A DNA stretch of 64,000 bases, taken from the NCBI GenBank assembly GCA_963621535.1, contig CAVFEQ010000005.1:3800-67799 (forward strand). The letters run 5' to 3'. This document shows positions 54,338 to 63,120 of this stretch, piece after piece. A model generated the notes under the pieces. That model ran no database searches. It saw only the letters and a program-made list of their open reading frames with translations, and was not told where the DNA came from. A program made the position numbers and the translations under genes. Source of the stretch: Paludibacteraceae bacterium (GTDB lineage: Bacteria > Bacillota_I > Bacilli_A > RFN20 > CAG-826). Within the stretch, counting starts at the first letter, position 1. Every line of letters starts with the position of its first letter.

Positions 54338-55072
54338 TTATTTGACCTCCTTAGCGGCGGAAGCTTTCGCCGCGAGCAGCTCTTGCTTCTTTCTTTCTTT
54401 CTCTTTGGCCGCTTTGCTTAGATTAATGGCTTGGATAACCGCCATGATAACCCCGAGCACGATGAAGGCGCCCGCGGGCTGGGTGAAGAGAGATATCGAG
54501 AAATTCGGCCCGCCGAAATCAGAGAAATCAAGGATGTGCAGGGTGCATTTGGGCAGGAAGGTCAAAGTGGACCCAAAGCTGATGCAGCCGGTGCCAAGCA
54601 CCTCGCGGATGAGCCCGATCATGCAGATAGCAAGGGTATAGCCGATGCCGTTGCCGATGCCATCAAGAAGCGAGTCAAGGACGGAGTTCTTATTCGCAAA
54701 CGCCTCCGCCCTGCCAAGGACGATGCAATTGACGACAAGAAGGGAGATGAAGACGCCTAGGCTCGAATATAGCTCAGGGAGGAAAGCCTCAGAGAACATC
54801 TCGACCAAGCAGACAAAGGTCGCGATGATGACGATATAGGCCGGGGTCTCAACCTCTTCGGGGATGAATTTCTTCAGCGCGCTCACCAAGACGTTGCTGC
54901 CTACCAAAACGAAGGTGAAGAGCAACCCCATGCCAAAAGCGGCTTCTAAGCTCGTGGTGACCCCTAGCGCCGGGCAGGTGCCAAGAATCAACACGAAGAG
55001 AGGGTTCGCCCGCCAAATGGGGGCGAGGAAGGACTCTAGATGGGTCCCATGCTGTTTTTTGGCCATTCTCAT
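54338..55072 (-). CDS. rnfE: Rnf electron transport complex subunit E (with a Lys/Ala/Glu-rich C-terminal tail)
   Basis: 244 aa. ANPLFVLILGTCPALGVTTSLEAAFGMGLLFTFVLVGSN is the RnfE signature region. Its start overlaps the rnfG stop (ATGA). Confidence 0.9.
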   Translation of the reverse strand: MRMAKKQHGTHLESFLAPIWRANPLFVLILGTCPALGVTTSLEAAFGMGLLFTFVLVGSNVLVSALKKFIPEEVETPAYIVIIATFVCLVEMFSEAFLPELYSSLGVFISLLVVNCIVLGRAEAFANKNSVLDSLLDGIGNGIGYTLAICMIGLIREVLGTGCISFGSTLTFLPKCTLHILDFSDFGGPNFSISLFTQPAGAFIVLGVIMAVIQAINLSKAAKEKERKKQELLAAKASAAKEVK

Positions 55073-56562
55073 TTGCCTCCTTTCAAAGAAGCGTAATGCT
55101 GACGCTCAAGCTCGGCGACGCCATAGAGGCCGTGGCTAGAGATGGTCGCGCCGGTTTTGCCGACGCCCACCTTCACTCCCGAGGCGCATTTGCTCTTGAA
55201 TTGCTCCCAGGAATGATCTTCGCCCTCGTTGAAGGGGGTGACCACGTTCTTAAGAAGAGCGGAGCCTCTGGAGAAGCTGTTCTCAAGGACATCGATATTG
55301 CTCAAGGTCGGGTTATCGTAGTTCTCGCCGGAGAAGCCAAGCAGGAAGTAAAGCCCGCCGTGAGCCTCGGTATCGTCTGAGCCGGATTCCTCTTTGACGA
55401 TGTGGAACTCGGCCTCGTAGACGACGCCAAGTTCAGTGTCGTCTTGGTCATAGACGGTGTAGCTACTAGCGATGATCTGGCGTTTCTCACTGCTTGGCCA
55501 GCTCTCATCGTCCAAGCCAAGATTAGCGACGCCGGTGATGACTTGATCAAGCGTAGCCTTGCTTGCGTGGTCGCCGCCATCAAAGAGGCTGATCGCCTGA
55601 TATTCGATGGTCTCTAAAGGAGAGGAAGAGGCTAATTTGGCCGCCTTCTCGCCAAAAGAGGCAAGGGCTTTGCCCGTATCGCCGCTAGGCAAGGAAGAGG
55701 CGCTATAGAAAGGAGCGGACTTATAATCGACGTCGGTGTAGCTAGAAGAGAGAACATATCCTCCTTCAAAGCCGTTTGCGCTGATGGCGATGGCGGAGGC
55801 AAAATCGCCATCTTTCCCGACGTACCAGCGGCCCGCTTCGTTATGGCCTAGGGCGTCGTCATAGTAGGAATAGTATTTGGAGAATTCTGGGTAAGAAGCA
55901 TCGCTAAGCGCGGTGGCAGAAGAGGAAACCGTGTAGTTTTTCCCCGCAAAAGCGGCCTGATTCCAAGCGGAGGGGTCTTCGACGATGCCTCCTGCAAGGG
56001 CCGCGTAGAGCTTGCTGGATTCGCTGACGATTTTGCTGACCGCGCTTGCGGTGATGGTCGCGCCGATGTTCTGCAGATCGTCATAGCTCTTGCTCCCGTT
56101 ATTGACGGGGTCGAGGTAGTTCTTCTCGAAGGTGCTTCTAAAGGAGTCGCTGCATTTGAGCATCGTGATCTTCTTTAGGGCTGGGGTGCCATTATCCATG
56201 GCAAAGCCGACTAAGATTTCAAGATCGGCATCTCTTCCGGCGGCGCTGCCGTGGAAGACTTTGCCTAGCTCCTTACTTTTGCCCTCGTCGCTATAGGCGT
56301 TGACGTAATAGTCGACGGTGGAAAGGCTTAAGCCATTATCCAAGAGGGCTTTCTTCTCTTCTTCGGTATCGAAGTTCATCTTCTCAAAGGCCTTGGCCTC
56401 AGGGAAGATCTCAAGGTAGCCGGCATTGGCTTTCTTCGCGGCTTCTTCGGCGATGATCGGGGCGGTGACTAGGTTCACCCCCGCAAGCAGGCCGGCGCTA
56501 ACTACGCCTAACCCGAGCAAGACGCCTCCGCAAAGGAGGTATTTCTTCATTTGGTCTTTCAT
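55069..56562 (-). CDS. rnfG: RnfG-like subunit, double length, with two FMN_bind-like modules
   Basis: 497 aa. N-terminal TM anchor and APIIAEEAAKKA as in RnfG. First module ends DDLQNIGATITASAV (aa ~160-175) and the second ends GVGKTGATISSHGL (aa ~466-480). About 180 aa of unassigned sequence lies between them. Confidence 0.75.
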   Translation of the reverse strand: MKDQMKKYLLCGGVLLGLGVVSAGLLAGVNLVTAPIIAEEAAKKANAGYLEIFPEAKAFEKMNFDTEEEKKALLDNGLSLSTVDYYVNAYSDEGKSKELGKVFHGSAAGRDADLEILVGFAMDNGTPALKKITMLKCSDSFRSTFEKNYLDPVNNGSKSYDDLQNIGATITASAVSKIVSESSKLYAALAGGIVEDPSAWNQAAFAGKNYTVSSSATALSDASYPEFSKYYSYYDDALGHNEAGRWYVGKDGDFASAIAISANGFEGGYVLSSSYTDVDYKSAPFYSASSLPSGDTGKALASFGEKAAKLASSSPLETIEYQAISLFDGGDHASKATLDQVITGVANLGLDDESWPSSEKRQIIASSYTVYDQDDTELGVVYEAEFHIVKEESGSDDTEAHGGLYFLLGFSGENYDNPTLSNIDVLENSFSRGSALLKNVVTPFNEGEDHSWEQFKSKCASGVKVGVGKTGATISSHGLYGVAELERQHYASLKGGK

Positions 56563-57686
56563 TAGAAGCCTCCTTTCAAGACGATCGAGGCTTTCGCGGC
56601 GTCAAGAAGCTCATTGGTTTTTGAGGGAACGGCGAAGCAGAGGATGAGGATTGCAAGGGAGGCGATGATGCCGTAGGTCAAGAAATCCTTCCAGTTGTAG
56701 CGCGAATGGACCCATTTGTAGTGATCAAGGAAGGCGCTGACCCCATTAGCGATCAAGATGCCATAGGCGACGCCTTCAGGATTCGAAGCAAATAGGCGCA
56801 TGAAGAGGGCAAGGATCGCGGCGATCATGCCGTAGGTGACTCTAGAGGGGGCGTCGATAGGCATGGTGACGGGATCGGTGATCATGAAGGTCAGGCCAAA
56901 GAGCATGCCGCCAGAAAGGATCTGGTTGAGGGCGAAAGCAAAAGCGCCGTCACCACTTTTTTGGAAGGCTCCAGCAAGCAAAGACAAAAGCGCGAAGCTC
57001 AGCCCATAAGAAAGGACGACCCGCCAATCCGCCGCCCGGCGGACCAATAGATAAACAAGGCCAAGAAGGATCGCGGCCTTGCATACCTCCCCCATCGCTC
57101 CCGCGGTGTTGCCAAGGAAGAGATCGAGGAAGGAATAAGGGCATTTGCTGATGAGGGGATTTGAGCTTAGATAAGTCGCCCCGGTAGAAAGGGAAGCGTC
57201 TAGTCCGAAGAGCTTGATCCAGCCATTGGTGACGTAGGCCCCATTCCAGGAGGAGCCAAAGCAGAGTTTCGTGAAGACGAACCCGACGGCGGCGGGGTTG
57301 AAGATGTTTTGCCCGAACCCGCCGAAGAGGAGTTTAGCGATGATGATGCCAAAGGCGCTGCCGGCGATGAGATAGAAATATTCCATCCCGGCCATCGAGG
57401 CGGATCTAGGCTCCATCATGAGCCCGAAGATGAGCGCGCTGACGGCGGCCCCTAAAGCGTTGGAGGGCCGATAGGATTTAAGCGAGCCCTTGCCCTTGAT
57501 AAGGACGAAAATGAGCTCGGCAGTTTCCATGGTGATTAAAGGGATCAAGATGTTCTTGATGCCCGTCCAGCCATAGCCGCAGCTCCAAATAAGCAGAGGG
57601 AGCAAGGCAATGAGGACATCAACAAGCATCGTGACGACGCTTGCTTTTCTCCTAATGTGCGGAGAGGTTTCAACGGTGAAATTCAT
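56562..57686 (-). CDS. rnfD: Rnf electron transport complex subunit D
   Basis: 374 aa, polytopic NqrB/RnfD-like protein (starts MNFTVETSPHIRRKASV, contains a ..STGATYLS.. segment). AGGAG SD. Confidence 0.85.
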   Translation of the reverse strand: MNFTVETSPHIRRKASVVTMLVDVLIALLPLLIWSCGYGWTGIKNILIPLITMETAELIFVLIKGKGSLKSYRPSNALGAAVSALIFGLMMEPRSASMAGMEYFYLIAGSAFGIIIAKLLFGGFGQNIFNPAAVGFVFTKLCFGSSWNGAYVTNGWIKLFGLDASLSTGATYLSSNPLISKCPYSFLDLFLGNTAGAMGEVCKAAILLGLVYLLVRRAADWRVVLSYGLSFALLSLLAGAFQKSGDGAFAFALNQILSGGMLFGLTFMITDPVTMPIDAPSRVTYGMIAAILALFMRLFASNPEGVAYGILIANGVSAFLDHYKWVHSRYNWKDFLTYGIIASLAILILCFAVPSKTNELLDAAKASIVLKGGF

Positions 57687-57704
57687 GTTCTCTTTCTCCT
57701 TTCA

Positions 57705-59021
57705 TCAGGGCAGCTTCGCCACCACTTTCGCTCGTCTCATATAATCGGTGAGAGGGATTTTCGAGGTGCAGGAATAGCTGCAAAGGCCGCATTCCATGCA
57801 AGAGAGGACGTTGAGCGATTTGATCTTCTCTTTGTTGACGGGCATGCTCTTCATGGCTTTCATCACCAGAACCGGGTGCAGGTGAACGGGGCAAGAGAGG
57901 ACGCAGGAGCCGCAGCGGATGCAGGGTTCCTCGACGTAATGCTTTTTCTCGTTGACGACGATGGAAGTAACGGTACGTGTAACGAAGCAGTCATCGCTAG
58001 GGATCGCTGCACCCATCATGGCCCCGCCGACGATGAGGACCTTCTCCTTCTTCTCGTCTTTATATCCTCCCGCGGCGGCGATAAGCTCGCTGAAGGGGGT
58101 TCCAACGCGAGCAAGAACCGTGCAGGGAGAAGAAATCATGTCGCCATTGACGTTGACGTAGCGCTCCATCACGGGGCGCCCATCCTCAAGAATCGACATC
58201 ATCTGAATCATCGTGTTGACGTTGAAGTTCAGGATGCCGTATTTAGCGGGAAGCGTCCCTGATTTCACTTCGATTCCCGTCGCGCGGCGGATCATCTCGA
58301 TTTCCCACCCTTGCGGATAATACGAGCCAAGAAGCTGCATGGTGACTCCGCTACCGGGATATTCGGCAATGACTTTATTGAAGATGGGAACAAGCTCTTG
58401 ATGTTTCTTTTTGATGCAGATGCGCGCGTCATGGCAAGAGAAGATCCTCTCTAAGAGAATCATCCCCTCAATCACGCGGCGGAGGCTATCTTCATCCGAG
58501 AGGGAACGGTGGTCGGCGCTCACGTAAGGCTCGCATTCGACCCCATCGATCAGGATGGTGTTGATCTTCTCCTTCGTCTGCATTTTGACGTAGGAAGGGA
58601 AGCTTGATCCGCCAAGCCCGACGGCCGCGTAATGCTTTAGCTCCTCCACAAGCTCGTCTTGGGTCAAGGATTTTAGCTCTTCCTTGCTCCTTGTCTTCAC
58701 GTTCGGGTCAAGGGTGTCCAAACCGTCGTTTTCGAATTTCAGGTATTCGATGACCTTACCGTTGCGGTAACCGTGTTTCTCGACGCCTAAAAAAGTCCCC
58801 GAGCAGGGAGAAAAGATAGGCTGGTCGTAGAAAGGCCCGTGACGGACGCCGATCTCTTGGCAGAAATTGACTTTGTCCCCTTCTTTAAGCGCGACATCCG
58901 CCTTTGCGCAGCGGAAGTTCGTCTTCGGGACCCACAAGAATTTCTGAACCGGCAAAGCGCAGAGAGGAAGGTCGAGTGAATAGCCCTTCGGCGTCTGCAG
59001 ATGATTCGACTTTGCAATCAT
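57705..59021 (-). CDS. rnfC: Rnf electron transport complex subunit C
   Basis: 438 aa. Two 4Fe-4S motifs (CIRCGSCVLSCP and CMECGLCSYSCT), a nucleotide-binding-like GLGGSSFP segment, and a GGAG SD. Confidence 0.9.
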   Translation of the reverse strand: MIAKSNHLQTPKGYSLDLPLCALPVQKFLWVPKTNFRCAKADVALKEGDKVNFCQEIGVRHGPFYDQPIFSPCSGTFLGVEKHGYRNGKVIEYLKFENDGLDTLDPNVKTRSKEELKSLTQDELVEELKHYAAVGLGGSSFPSYVKMQTKEKINTILIDGVECEPYVSADHRSLSDEDSLRRVIEGMILLERIFSCHDARICIKKKHQELVPIFNKVIAEYPGSGVTMQLLGSYYPQGWEIEMIRRATGIEVKSGTLPAKYGILNFNVNTMIQMMSILEDGRPVMERYVNVNGDMISSPCTVLARVGTPFSELIAAAGGYKDEKKEKVLIVGGAMMGAAIPSDDCFVTRTVTSIVVNEKKHYVEEPCIRCGSCVLSCPVHLHPVLVMKAMKSMPVNKEKIKSLNVLSCMECGLCSYSCTSKIPLTDYMRRAKVVAKLP

Positions 59022-59050
59022 AAAAATGGTGTCTCCATTCCTTTTTCGAG

Positions 59051-59056
59051 ATTATA
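59051..59056 (-). promoter_or_regulatory. candidate -10 element of the rnf promoter
   Basis: The minus strand reads TATAAT about 30 nt upstream of the rnfC ATG. No good -35 element is seen. Confidence 0.3.
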
Positions 59057-59117
59057 AGGTTGCGCGCACGCAAAGAGAAGCGATATCGCGTTACTGATTT
59101 ACCAATTGTATCGCCCA

Positions 59118-59149
59118 CGAAAAAAGGAGGGCCGAAGCCCTCCAAAAAG
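59118..59149. terminator. bidirectional-looking intrinsic terminator after the 59168 lipoprotein gene
   Basis: AAAAAAGGAGGGC-cgaa-GCCCTCCAAAAA. On the minus strand the hairpin is followed by TTTTTT. Confidence 0.8.
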
Positions 59150-59167
59150 GACTTAGAAATTCCTTAT

Positions 59168-60187
59168 TTATTTCCCCCAGTGGGCGGGATAGAGGTCGCT
59201 TGTGGCAGTCGGCTGATCGGTGGCGACAAGGGCCGCGATAAGCGCGGGGACGGTCACGACTAAAGCAGCGCCGACCGCGCTTTCCGCCTCGGCGTAGTCG
59301 CAGACGGTGTTAACGGCGGTGCCGTAGTTCATCGTCCACTCATTGCCGGCGTAGTTGCTGGCTTTGGCATTGTACCAATGGGTGAGGATGTTGTCGTTGA
59401 ATTCGAACTTCAAAGGCTCGTGCAATTTAGCAGGCTGCTTCGGATTCGGATAAAGCGCATCGAAATCAAGGGTGAGGTTGCCTGTTCCAGTGGAGGAATA
59501 CTTCTCATCGGCAAGAGCGATGTAAGAGCCATTGTCCGTCGCACCGGCCATGATGGTCTCCTCGCCAACGGCGATTGCCTCTTGCTTGGTGTCGAGGGTG
59601 TCTTGTCTTTTCAGATAAGCGGAAAGGCCGCCGGCGCCATTGTGCCAGTGCTCACGGCCGCATTTGACGAAGGCGTCAATCTGGTTCTGGGCGAAGTCGG
59701 TCATAATGTCTTTGGCGGCAGCATAAGAGACGGTGTCTTTGGAGGTGATGGTGACCTTGTAGCTCGTGGTCGCGTTATTGCCGGTCTCCTCATCAGCGTA
59801 GGCCGATTTGACGCCGAAGACATAATCTTCGCCGCTCTTGTAAGCGAAAAGCTCATCGTTGGCGCCGAGAGTGATTGTTTCCGCGTCTGCTTCGCTAGAC
59901 AAGGCAATGGTCTTGCCAGCGCCGAGAGTGACGTGAGCGTAGTTGGTGGTCGCATCGAAGACGTAGGTCGAAAGAGTGCCGGCCTTGGTGGTGGCGCCAT
60001 CAGCGTTGGTGACATCCTTCATCGTGTTGTTGGTGGAGGTCAGTTTGGTCTGCGTGGTTGGGGTGGCGGCGACGATTTCGTCCAATTTGGTGTAAGCCTC
60101 TTTGCGGGTGAGGCTATTATTGCCTCCGCAGGAGGTGAGTCCGAGGACGAGCGCGGACAAAGTCAGAGAAAGTTTTTTTGCATTCAT
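59168..60187 (-). CDS. lipoprotein, unknown function, with an additional C-terminal hydrophobic segment
   Basis: 339 aa from the ATG at 60187, which has an AGGAG SD. The track ORF extends 54 aa further up with no signal logic. Lipobox MNAKKLSLTLSALVLGLTSC. C-terminal AVGAALVVTVPALIAALVA. Confidence 0.7.
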   Translation of the reverse strand: MNAKKLSLTLSALVLGLTSCGGNNSLTRKEAYTKLDEIVAATPTTQTKLTSTNNTMKDVTNADGATTKAGTLSTYVFDATTNYAHVTLGAGKTIALSSEADAETITLGANDELFAYKSGEDYVFGVKSAYADEETGNNATTSYKVTITSKDTVSYAAAKDIMTDFAQNQIDAFVKCGREHWHNGAGGLSAYLKRQDTLDTKQEAIAVGEETIMAGATDNGSYIALADEKYSSTGTGNLTLDFDALYPNPKQPAKLHEPLKFEFNDNILTHWYNAKASNYAGNEWTMNYGTAVNTVCDYAEAESAVGAALVVTVPALIAALVATDQPTATSDLYPAHWGK

Positions 60188-60328
60188 GATGAATTGCTCC
60201 TTTACGGGCAAGATTTTAGTGACGTTTTTCCCTTGCTTGCAAGGGGGATGCTTAATTTTTGAGCGTTTCCGCTTCAAATGTCCGAAAGACCCTTTGTTTT
60301 TCATCCCTCTCTCTTCTATCCTTCTCCC

Positions 60329-61117
60329 ATGAACGAAGAGGAAATCCAATTTGCCTTGGCGCGCCTAGGCGATTTATCCAGGGAATGCGAAGAAAAAAAC
60401 TATCTCACCCACAGCGCCTTCTTCGGCTTTTCCGAGCAAAGCCTCTTATTAGAAGCTTTGAAAAGGCAAAAAGAAGTCAGCGGGGTTCCCTATGTCCTTT
60501 TCGGCGGTGAGGGGGAGAACGAAAGGCGGTGTTTCGTCTTCCTGCCATCCTATTTGACCGAAGAAGATTTCCTGCAAGAGAAGGCCCTGCAAGAGCAAGT
60601 CCTCTCTTGCCTCCATATTTATCCTAAAGCGGAGAAATTCGCCCTTCCCTTATCGCATCGCGACTATCTAGGGGCCTTGCTCTCCCTAGGGATAGAAAGA
60701 AATAGACTTGGGGACATCCTCTGCGGCGAGAAAGACGCCTATGCCTACGTCTCTTCCGAGCTGCTAGATTATCTTCAAGCAAACCTGACAAGCGTTGGCA
60801 GGAACCCCATTAAAACCGCAAAAGCGCCCTCTTTTTCTTGCCCCTACGCGCCTAACTTCCAGCAGAAGCGCCTATCCGTTTCCTCTTTGCGGCTAGATTC
60901 CCTTTTAGCCGGAGCCTTCCAGATTTCTAGAGAAGAGGCCAAGCGTCAGATCGAGGCAGGGAACGTCTTTTTGACCTCCACCACTCCAAAGCCCGATGCC
61001 TTTCCAAAAGAAGGAGAGCACATCTCTTTAAGAGGCAAAGGGAAATTCATTTATCTAGGCGCGGACGGCGTATCGAAAAAAGGGAAGCCAATCGCCTTGA
61101 TCAAGCTTCCCAAGTGA
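60329..61117 (+). CDS. ylmH: YlmH-like S4-domain RNA-binding protein
   Basis: 262 aa from the ATG at 60329 (MNEEEIQFALARL...). Central DYLGALLSLGIERNRLGDIL and C-terminal S4-like SSLRLDSLLAGAFQISREEAKRQIEAGNVFL. Confidence 0.6.
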   Translation: MNEEEIQFALARLGDLSRECEEKNYLTHSAFFGFSEQSLLLEALKRQKEVSGVPYVLFGGEGENERRCFVFLPSYLTEEDFLQEKALQEQVLSCLHIYPKAEKFALPLSHRDYLGALLSLGIERNRLGDILCGEKDAYAYVSSELLDYLQANLTSVGRNPIKTAKAPSFSCPYAPNFQQKRLSVSSLRLDSLLAGAFQISREEAKRQIEAGNVFLTSTTPKPDAFPKEGEHISLRGKGKFIYLGADGVSKKGKPIALIKLPK

Positions 61118-61449
61118 CCTATTTTCCGTTCAAGAGTTCACTGAGAATCCCACAGGAACCATTTTCTCACATTGATGGGTTGTTTTTTCTCAAGACTAGC
61201 TTGCCTTTCTTCGCATTCTTACAGCCTTCTTTCGCGCGGCGTGCTATCGCCCCGCACGGAAAACTTATAAGCATCAAAAAAGTTCAGAAGATCAGAGGCA
61301 AGAGCTCATTGGCAATGGCGACCTATTACAAATCACATACATGCCTTTGATTCCATTTAAGTGAAAGTGCATGCCTAGTGAACTTCGTTTAGGTTTTGCG
61401 GGCTTTTTTGAATCGTTATCCCAATTGTTGAACTTGTGGGTTAAAAACG

Positions 61450-62346
61450 CTAATCCGCGGCGGCCGTCGTTATGGTCGCCGGGTTGCTCCGGACCCCAAA
61501 AGGCACGCCGTTGCGGGTTTTTCTCCTTCGGTAGAAGGTGTAGGTGGTATTCGGAAGGAGCCCGTCGAAAAGGCCGCTTTCCTGATAATCCTCGCCGGCA
61601 ATGCGGTATTCGTAGAGATCATTAGTTACTAATTGTATGGTTGTAGCGGTGACATTTTTGCATTCTGGCGCATCCTCATAAACGTATTTGACGTCACAAA
61701 CGCGTTTGGAGCCTAAGTACCCTTTTCCTTTGCAGGCGGTACACATGACCCTTGCATCCAAGACCAGCTTATTGTTAGAGCCACTCCACCTATTTTCATA
61801 TACCTTTTGGCCACAGGATGAGCAATACCCATAGTCGGCGTTGTAGTTACCGTAGTACTTTGTATCAGTAATGGCAACGTAAGGTTCTTTGCAATAAGAG
61901 CAGAACCAGCCGCAGCCATCGCATTCCTTGCACGAAGTGTCGCCCGTCCCGCCACAATCCGGGCAGAGTGGGACCCACATGGCATACATAGTGAGATTGA
62001 TGTCTAAACCGAAGAAATAATCCCCATAAACATACTTTGAGTAAAGGTTGTTCCAGCCGTAGAAATGATAGCCTTTGCGGGATGGTTGTCCTTGAATCCG
62101 CAGGGTCTCCCCTTTTTTCTTTGTCTGCTTTTCTGGCCCGCCGGTCCCGCCGTTGGCGTTAAACCAAATGGTGAACTCGTCGCATTCCTTCTTTACGTAT
62201 TTCGCGGTATAAGTCGCGTCACCAGTAACTTCCTCAACCTCAGGATACCAGCCATCGAAGGCCCAGCCTTCGTAAGGCATCTCATCGGAAGGCTTGACTT
62301 CTCGTTTCGGGTCCTCGCCATATGAGGGCAGATCCCCATAAGCCAC
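61450..62346 (-). CDS. C-terminal segment of an interrupted lipoprotein gene: Listeria-Bacteroides repeats, CxxCxGxG Cys-rich region, FN3-like end
   Basis: 298-aa track ORF starting at a GTG with no SD. It is in the same frame as 62407-63120 and separated from it only by a TAG at 62407-62409 plus 20 sense codons. Segments FTIWFNANGGTGG...KGYHFYGWNN, CPDCGGTG, CKECDGCG and CTACKGKG. Confidence 0.6.
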   Translation of the reverse strand: MAYGDLPSYGEDPKREVKPSDEMPYEGWAFDGWYPEVEEVTGDATYTAKYVKKECDEFTIWFNANGGTGGPEKQTKKKGETLRIQGQPSRKGYHFYGWNNLYSKYVYGDYFFGLDINLTMYAMWVPLCPDCGGTGDTSCKECDGCGWFCSYCKEPYVAITDTKYYGNYNADYGYCSSCGQKVYENRWSGSNNKLVLDARVMCTACKGKGYLGSKRVCDVKYVYEDAPECKNVTATTIQLVTNDLYEYRIAGEDYQESGLFDGLLPNTTYTFYRRRKTRNGVPFGVRSNPATITTAAAD

Positions 62347-62406
62347 GGAAGAAACTTTCAGCGTGCTGCCGTCATAATCCTTCCAGGTGATTTTGTATTT
62401 GTTTGT

Positions 62407-63120
62407 CTAGCACTCGTAAACGGCTTTATAGGTGGCGTCCCCAGTCACATTCTCAATCTTTGGCTCCCAACTTTTAAAGGCATAGGTGTATTGGGCATCG
62501 CGTTCCCTGAAGGGCTTTTCCTCACCATAAGAAGGCTTTTCCCCATAAGGGAGGGTATCGACACGAAGGACGCTGTCATCGTAATCAACCCAAGTAATCT
62601 TATACTCGTTTGTTATGCGCTTAAAACGAGCCACATATTCACGATTCTGATGAATAGGCCCTTTATCCCCTTCCCAATAAGAGAAAGCGTACGTGTAATA
62701 GGCATCGCCGCTTTTCGTCGGGGTCTCCCCGCGGTAAACGGGTGTGGAGCCATATTCCCATTCCTCTTCAAGGATGACGGTCTCATCCTCGTTCATCCAA
62801 GTGACAGTATATGTTTTGAGATTTTTATCTAAGATCGCTGTGTACGTGACGTCTTCGTAGGCCGGCCGCACTTCAGGGGTCCACCCGGCGAAGGTATAAG
62901 AGTATTGACGATCAGAGTCGTTTTTTACCGAAATAGCAAAGTCCTCCCACCCAGGGGATGGGGAGGGCATCTCACCTCGTTTCACGCGGGTGGTATCACG
63001 GTGTGACCCGATGACCCAAGTTATTTCATAATCCCAACTACCAGAACCGCCGCAAGAAACAAGACATAACGATAAAAAAATTGCGTAGAACAAAATCGCC
63101 TTCTTTGCATGGAATTTCAT
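62407..63120 (-). CDS. N-terminal segment of the same lipoprotein gene (InlB-B-repeat-like modules), ending at an in-frame TAG
   Basis: 237 aa. Lipobox MKFHAKKAILFYAIFLSLCLVSC. Repeats of the type YTYAF.SWEP......GDATY.A.Y. Its start overlaps the stop of the upstream gene (ATGA). Confidence 0.7.
   Translation of the reverse strand: MKFHAKKAILFYAIFLSLCLVSCGGSGSWDYEITWVIGSHRDTTRVKRGEMPSPSPGWEDFAISVKNDSDRQYSYTFAGWTPEVRPAYEDVTYTAILDKNLKTYTVTWMNEDETVILEEEWEYGSTPVYRGETPTKSGDAYYTYAFSYWEGDKGPIHQNREYVARFKRITNEYKITWVDYDDSVLRVDTLPYGEKPSYGEEKPFRERDAQYTYAFKSWEPKIENVTGDATYKAVYEC

Noticed and set aside
61114-61625. Track ORFs 61114-61350 (78 aa) and 61371-61625 (84 aa).
   Set aside because: The first has no SD, overlaps the ylmH stop and has an implausible composition. 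The second is antisense to the 3' end of the repeat lipoprotein gene. The 330-bp gap is more likely non-coding or degraded sequence.
62407-62409. The in-frame TAG as a pyrrolysine or otherwise reassigned codon.
   Set aside because: No pyl genes are in the window. TAG also terminates two other ORFs at sensible protein ends (27747-27749 and 61450-61452). A nonsense mutation, sequencing error or low-level read-through is more parsimonious.
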